DNA of 64,000 bases from Pseudomonadota bacterium (lineage in GTDB: Bacteria > Pseudomonadota > Alphaproteobacteria > Sphingomonadales > CAKZYD01), in assembly GCA_039814715.1 (NCBI GenBank), contig JBCCAR010000004.1, forward strand, positions 32,985-96,984, read 5' to 3'. The notes beneath the pieces were generated by a model that had not been told where the DNA came from, searched no databases, and saw only the letters and a program-made list of their open reading frames with translations. This document shows, in pieces, positions 60,379 to 64,000 of this stretch (the first letter of the stretch is position 1; every line of letters starts with the position of its first letter). The translations under genes were made by a program, and so were the position numbers.

Positions 60379-62685
60379 CTAGTTCAATCCCCATTCCAAA
60401 CGCAGGCCGTACATACGCGGAGGCGCATCATAGACCCCAATGGCGACGGGGAAAAAGTTTGTGCCTAAGCTATAGTTTTCGTTCGTAATGTTGGTCGCGA
60501 AGATGGATGCTTTCACCTTTCCGCCAGGCAAAGTGTACCCAATGTTTCCGTTGAGAACGACATAGGCGTTTTCTTGGAGTACATTCGTCGGCTCCCACAA
60601 GAAGCCAGAATTATAAAGCACTGCGCTATCGAAATGTATGGCACTCCCATCGGAAAAGTCGTGCGAATAGTTGAGTTGTGCGGACGCCACCCACGTGGGA
60701 GAACGCGGCGTGTCGTTCCCGGACGCATCAACAGTCACATTTGCGTTGCCCATTGGCGACAAAACAAACCCACTCGCATTCTCAAATTCCGTGTACTCTG
60801 AGTTCTGCCAGGCTGCACTGGTCTGGAACCTAAGATCGTCCGTCAGAGCCACTGCCAGCGAACCTTGCACGCCAGTGGCCGTGGCAGAGCCCGCATTTTC
60901 AAGTGTCGTCACCCCGAGGCTCCCACCAGCGACAACGGATGTCTGAATCTCAGAGCGACGATAGTGATAGATCGCCATATTCAGCCGCACACGGCGATCG
61001 AAAAACTCCCCTTTGAAGCCGCCTTCGAAGTCGTCCAACTGCTCAGGCTCCAGGGCCGGCGGCAAGGGAATGGATGGCGACGTCATATTAAAGGCGCCCG
61101 CTTTATAGCCGCGCGCAAAGGTTGCATAAAACATGAGGTCGTCGTTGGGCCGATACTCGAGTGACACCTTGGGTGAGAAGTTGCTCCAAGATTCTCGGTC
61201 GTCAGGATAGATGATCGACGTCCCGGGGATCGGCGTTCCTTCGCCAGGGCCAGTCGTGAATTCCCCAGATGATGACCACGACTTCACATCGTGGGTGAAG
61301 CGTCCACCCAACGTCAAACTCAAACTAGGATTTAAGAAGTCTAGAGGAAACGTCGCCTGGGCAAACAGTGCATAAGAATTCAGTGTTACCGTACTGAGTG
61401 TTAGAGCGCCAGTTACGGGTTCGGGAAATATGAACTGAGACGTGATCTGCTGGGGATCCTGTTTCACAACCTCATGGAGATAAAAGCCGCCCACAATCCA
61501 CTGAATGGAGGACTGGTCTGGAGAGAGGAGCTGAAGCTCTTGCGAAAACTGCTCATTGCGGCCCAAAGCATAGGCATGCAAGATCGGCAATGGCGATCCA
61601 TCAAGCTCGACGCCCTGCTCAGACCGGAAATTACGATACCCCGTGATCCCCAGAAGATTGGCAAAGCCCAGGTCAATTTCTTGGCGCAGTGCAGCAGCGT
61701 AAGTGCGGTTTTCGGTGCCAACAAATCCGGACCGATTATCAGGGCCCGTATTGATGACAAGGGGCGGCTGCACTGCATCCGGCGCGCCTAAGGTGGCTGG
61801 AAGGTTGTTGGGTTGAATGTTGCGAGAGGCCCCAACTTCGGGATTGCTTTCATCGCTGACTTCAAAGGTCGCCGTTAGGGTGACCGCGCTGGATGGTGTC
61901 CAGACAGCCTTCACGCGGCCGGCAAGTCCGCGCGCGTGATCGGGCCTGGGCCCGTTGCCGATCTGCGTTAAATAGGAGTCTCGGCTATAATAGCCGCCAT
62001 AAAAACCAACTGCGAGATCTTCCGTGACGCCGCCGGAGACATTGCCGGTGACTTGACGCATGGAAAAATTACCGACCTGCGCTGACACATTGGCGTCAAG
62101 AGTATCTTCAGGTGTCAAAGTATAGATGTTTATCGCGCCCGCGGTTGCATTTCGCCCGTAGAGCGTGCCCTGCGGCCCTTCGAGCACTTCAACACGCTCT
62201 ACACCCAGAAGATTCTGAATAATTGCTGTGTTTGCTGAAACGACGACCCCATCGATATAGGTTGTGACGCTCGGATCGGCGTTTGGGATCGCGATCTCCG
62301 ACCCAACCCCCCTGAGATAGGGCTGCGCGTAAGCGCCTGTACTCGTATACACCAGGGACGGTGCTGCAAAGGAGAGGTTTACGGTTGTAAAAATACCTAC
62401 ATTCGTAAGCGTTTCACCATCGATTGAGGTAATCGATATAGGCACCTGCTGCACGTTTTCTGCCCGCTTCTGTGCGGTTACAACAATTTCTTCAAGAGAG
62501 GCTGTCCTCGCCTGAAAGGTTTGCGTGGGCTGCGCTTCAGCGCCGCTGGTCTGTGTCTGACTTGATTGCACGTTGTCAGATAAAGTGCCCACTTCCGCAA
62601 AGGCAGGAGCTGCAAACAAGGTTCCAACAATTGCACTTGAACAAAAAAGTGATTTCCGCATGAGATCTTTCCCCAAAAAGGCCAT
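60379..62685 (-). CDS. TonB-dependent receptor
   Basis: LEEIVVTAQKRAENVQQVPISIT, VEVLEGPQGTLYGRNATAGAIN, RGYKAGAFN, PPRMYG. Confidence 0.94.
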   Translation of the reverse strand: MAFLGKDLMRKSLFCSSAIVGTLFAAPAFAEVGTLSDNVQSSQTQTSGAEAQPTQTFQARTASLEEIVVTAQKRAENVQQVPISITSIDGETLTNVGIFTTVNLSFAAPSLVYTSTGAYAQPYLRGVGSEIAIPNADPSVTTYIDGVVVSANTAIIQNLLGVERVEVLEGPQGTLYGRNATAGAINIYTLTPEDTLDANVSAQVGNFSMRQVTGNVSGGVTEDLAVGFYGGYYSRDSYLTQIGNGPRPDHARGLAGRVKAVWTPSSAVTLTATFEVSDESNPEVGASRNIQPNNLPATLGAPDAVQPPLVINTGPDNRSGFVGTENRTYAAALRQEIDLGFANLLGITGYRNFRSEQGVELDGSPLPILHAYALGRNEQFSQELQLLSPDQSSIQWIVGGFYLHEVVKQDPQQITSQFIFPEPVTGALTLSTVTLNSYALFAQATFPLDFLNPSLSLTLGGRFTHDVKSWSSSGEFTTGPGEGTPIPGTSIIYPDDRESWSNFSPKVSLEYRPNDDLMFYATFARGYKAGAFNMTSPSIPLPPALEPEQLDDFEGGFKGEFFDRRVRLNMAIYHYRRSEIQTSVVAGGSLGVTTLENAGSATATGVQGSLAVALTDDLRFQTSAAWQNSEYTEFENASGFVLSPMGNANVTVDASGNDTPRSPTWVASAQLNYSHDFSDGSAIHFDSAVLYNSGFLWEPTNVLQENAYVVLNGNIGYTLPGGKVKASIFATNITNENYSLGTNFFPVAIGVYDAPPRMYGLRLEWGLN

Positions 62686-62734
62686 AGGCCCATTATTAAA
62701 TTCAAAGGATTTTGGTTTTTCGCTTTATTATTTT

Positions 62735-63970
62735 TTATTTATTCACGATTCTTGATTGAACATTTATTGGTGTTCGTGCCGTAAAATTCGTCATATAATC
62801 ATAGTTTTTATTGAGTATTTCTATGGACTTACTTCCTGATAGGAGAGTTTTATAGGCAACTTCGAGCTGCAAACGCGCGAGATAATGGCCAATGCACATG
62901 TGAAATCCGGGAGCAAAAGTCAGCGGCTGCGGCCCGCGTCGGGCAAAATTCAATGTATCTGGCTCATCAAAGGCCCGGTGGTCCCAATTGGCCGCGCCGA
63001 TCATCAAGAAGACGAGCTGCCCGGCTTTGATTTGCTGACCATGCAAAACAAAGTCCTCTTTCGCGATACGAAACATCGTTCCTAGCATCGCTGTGTATCG
63101 ATTGAGCTCGTCCACAACCTTCGGGAGCAACTGCGGATTGTCAGCTATAAACGCGCGCTCAGCTGGCTTATCTTGCAGCGCCGATATGGCCAGTACGAGG
63201 GTGTTGGCAGTTGTTTCAAACCCGCCAATCAACATCAACTGGAACAGCGAGACAATCTCCGCATCTGTCAGCTTCTTGCCGTCATCCGTTGAGTTGACCA
63301 GATCGGACAGAAGATCATCACCGGGGCTGCGCCGCCGATTAGCAATCTCTGCGGCGAGCAGGTCTGTCATCTCGGTCGTTGAACGTTCAGCCAGAGCGAG
63401 ATGATCCGGCTGAGCGGTGACAACAGCAGTAGCGAAGATATCGCCCCATTTAAGAACGCGGTCGACATCGAGTGCCGATTTTAGATCGAGAACATGAATG
63501 AGAACCGACGCCGTGTATTTCAGGGCAAAGTCCTTCTGAAGATCAAAGCTCTCAAGATCCGAGACCGTCGCAAGCAAATCATCGAAAATCGCCTGCACCT
63601 TGTCGCGATGCCGCTCGATAGACGCTTTTGAGAAGGGCTTAATGAGTAGCCGTCTGATCCGAGGGTGCTCTGGGGCGTCGATATTAAATAACCAACGCCC
63701 GATGTTCTCCATCAAGAGCGGATAACACTCATATGGCGACACGCCTAAAACGGCCTCAATATAGGGCTCAGTCCGCTTGTTTGATAAACGTTGGTCGCGC
63801 AGGCCGGCCTCAACATCGGCATAACGCGTCAAGACCCAACCCTTCTGGGCGTCACTCCAAAAAACAGGTGTCTCTTCTTGGATCTTGAGAAGGCGCGGAA
63901 TGAAGTCAGGGCCAACCGCATTTGGCGCCAGCCAGTTAAAGTCTAAATCGCTTAAATTACTTTGGTTCAT
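62735..63970 (-). CDS. Cytochrome P450
   Basis: DAPEHPRIRR, GGFETT I-helix, ELNR (ExxR), FAPGFHMCIG heme Cys. Confidence 0.95.
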   Translation of the reverse strand: MNQSNLSDLDFNWLAPNAVGPDFIPRLLKIQEETPVFWSDAQKGWVLTRYADVEAGLRDQRLSNKRTEPYIEAVLGVSPYECYPLLMENIGRWLFNIDAPEHPRIRRLLIKPFSKASIERHRDKVQAIFDDLLATVSDLESFDLQKDFALKYTASVLIHVLDLKSALDVDRVLKWGDIFATAVVTAQPDHLALAERSTTEMTDLLAAEIANRRRSPGDDLLSDLVNSTDDGKKLTDAEIVSLFQLMLIGGFETTANTLVLAISALQDKPAERAFIADNPQLLPKVVDELNRYTAMLGTMFRIAKEDFVLHGQQIKAGQLVFLMIGAANWDHRAFDEPDTLNFARRGPQPLTFAPGFHMCIGHYLARLQLEVAYKTLLSGSKSIEILNKNYDYMTNFTARTPINVQSRIVNK

Positions 63971-64000
63971 TGAACATATCCGGTCTAAAAGCTTGAGAAG

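Noticed and set aside
1-64000. rRNA/tRNA genes and the many antisense shadow ORFs in the six-frame track
   Set aside because: No tRNA or rRNA signature recognised; shadow ORFs lie over confidently assigned genes and show no family motifs

Overview
Alphaproteobacterial chromosomal DNA, supported by an alpha-type LexA box (GAAC-N7-GAAC), an alpha-type RpoH promoter and the gene repertoire; the lineage cannot be pinned down further without searches. The window has two halves. Bases 1-43183 are mostly intact core or semi-core genes: oxyR, hslVU, the hisB-H-(GNAT)-A-F-E-HIT operon, a cytochrome c'/b pair, a Rieske oxygenase alpha/beta pair plus MFS, a Slam/TbpB-like (T11SS) pair, a zinc module bracketed by two Zur-like boxes, an S46 peptidase, LexA-controlled imuA-imuB-dnaE2, and the Entner-Doudoroff operon eda-zwf-pgl-edd-glk. 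From about 43184 to the end is an accessory, decaying region: an IS3 remnant, a collapsed TonB receptor/DUF1838 operon, a broken IS5, an alkB remnant, a broken integrase+IS91-like element and a P450-TonB receptor-SDR operon. The best candidate for an undescribed system is a six-gene minus-strand cluster (47034-56636): ECF sigma, FecR, STN-type TonB transducer, thioredoxin-ankyrin fusion, signal-less M13 peptidase (one in-frame TAG) and a BclA/Rv1819c/YddA-like ABC importer. It could be a sense/import/reduce/degrade system for disulfide-bonded peptides, and it has a repeated candidate ECF promoter. Short REP-type hairpins also appear to have inserted into transposase genes. All product calls come from recognising motifs by eye; no database searches were run.
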